Source: Podarcis gaigeae (taxonomy: Eukaryota). From it: DNA of 64,000 nt. The notes beneath the pieces were generated by a model. The model ran no database searches, was not told where the DNA came from, and was given only the letters and a program-made list of their open reading frames with translations. The DNA lies in the NCBI GenBank assembly GCA_964106915.2, contig OZ066922.1, one strand, 5' to 3'. A program made the translations under genes and the position numbers. Every line of letters begins with the position of its first letter. Positions within the stretch are counted from its first letter, which is position 1. This document shows, one piece after another, positions 63,151 to 64,000 of the stretch.

Positions 63151-64000
63151 TACAGTGGGCATCACCCCTAGCTGTCATGTTGGAGATCTAGCTTTGACTC
63201 CCCAGTGGGGATGAAACTTCTGGTAGTTGTCATGCTCTGCCTGCAGAAGATGGTAGGTTCAATCCCTGGAAAAACCACTTTAAAAGATCGGATAACGGGT
63301 GATATGAAAGACCTCTGCCTAAGGTTTTGGATAACCACTGCAATAAAGAAAATAAAATAAAATAATAAAATAAAATAAAAGCCAGATCTCTGAACTCTCG
63401 TATCTGTAGTGATTTAAAAGAATACACGGCTTCTGCATCAATCTGCAATCTCCATCACTGGAACACTCACCCAGCAATTTCCCCCTCTGAAAATAGTGAA
63501 GAGAAGAAAGCACACCATTTTGTAGCTCTCCTGCTTTGTTCTACTTTTAATTTTAAAAGAAGTTATTTTGACTCTATATGCTCCACTTCCCTTGTGATGG
63601 TGCAAATAGCCAGGTTTTTAAGTTTTTTTTGGGGGGGGGGTGGGTTTGGAGAAACTGGGGATGGCATTCAAGTAAGTTTTACTCGGTGTAGACCTACTGA
63701 AATTAATTAGCACGACTAACATAGGTCATTAATTCCAATAGTCTACTCTGAGTACAACTGAGTAAAACACCACCTTGGGACAGGAGCATAGGCATTCCTG
63801 CAGGAATGCTATTGAGCCCCAACCATCATAGTACTGTATCCTGGTGCAAAAAGAGTCATAGAAAAAGGCATGCCTGTAAAAATATTTGCATGATTAATAA
63901 GTCACAATTACATATAATATGAGGTTGTGTGTTGATGGTTTCCAGGAAGGAACAAGGTTTCATTTCAGTACTGTATTATCACAAGTTGACATTTAAGCAG

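Overview
This is vertebrate genomic DNA, most likely from a lacertid lizard (inferred from Sauria/Squam SINEs and squamate MITE families). The whole window lies inside one gene on the minus strand, palladin (PALLD). Eight coding exons splice in frame with GT-AG boundaries; they correspond to human exons 3-10 and cover the second half of Ig1, the linker, Ig2 including a 24-nt microexon, and the FPPPP proline-rich exon. A CpG island at about 47.4-48.3 kb contains an ATG-free GC-rich exon ending in a perfect GTAAGT donor. This is the likely internal promoter of the N-truncated (~140 kDa, MPQAQKK...) isoform, because the first AUG after splicing to exon 3 is that Met. The rest is intron, densely filled with transposon relics: Tigger/pogo-type TA-flanked MITEs, hAT hairpin MITEs, Sauria and Squam3-like SINEs, CR1, L2 and L1 fragments, two probable solo LTRs and microsatellites. 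The most unusual observations are a four-layer nested insertion (CR1 > DNA element > L1 > L1), MITEs inserted into the ends of other MITEs, and a candidate 6-nt microexon in the intron after exon 10. I found no prokaryotic-type system, CRISPR array, RNA gene or second protein-coding gene. Repeat family names and human comparisons come from motif recognition and memory, not from database searches.
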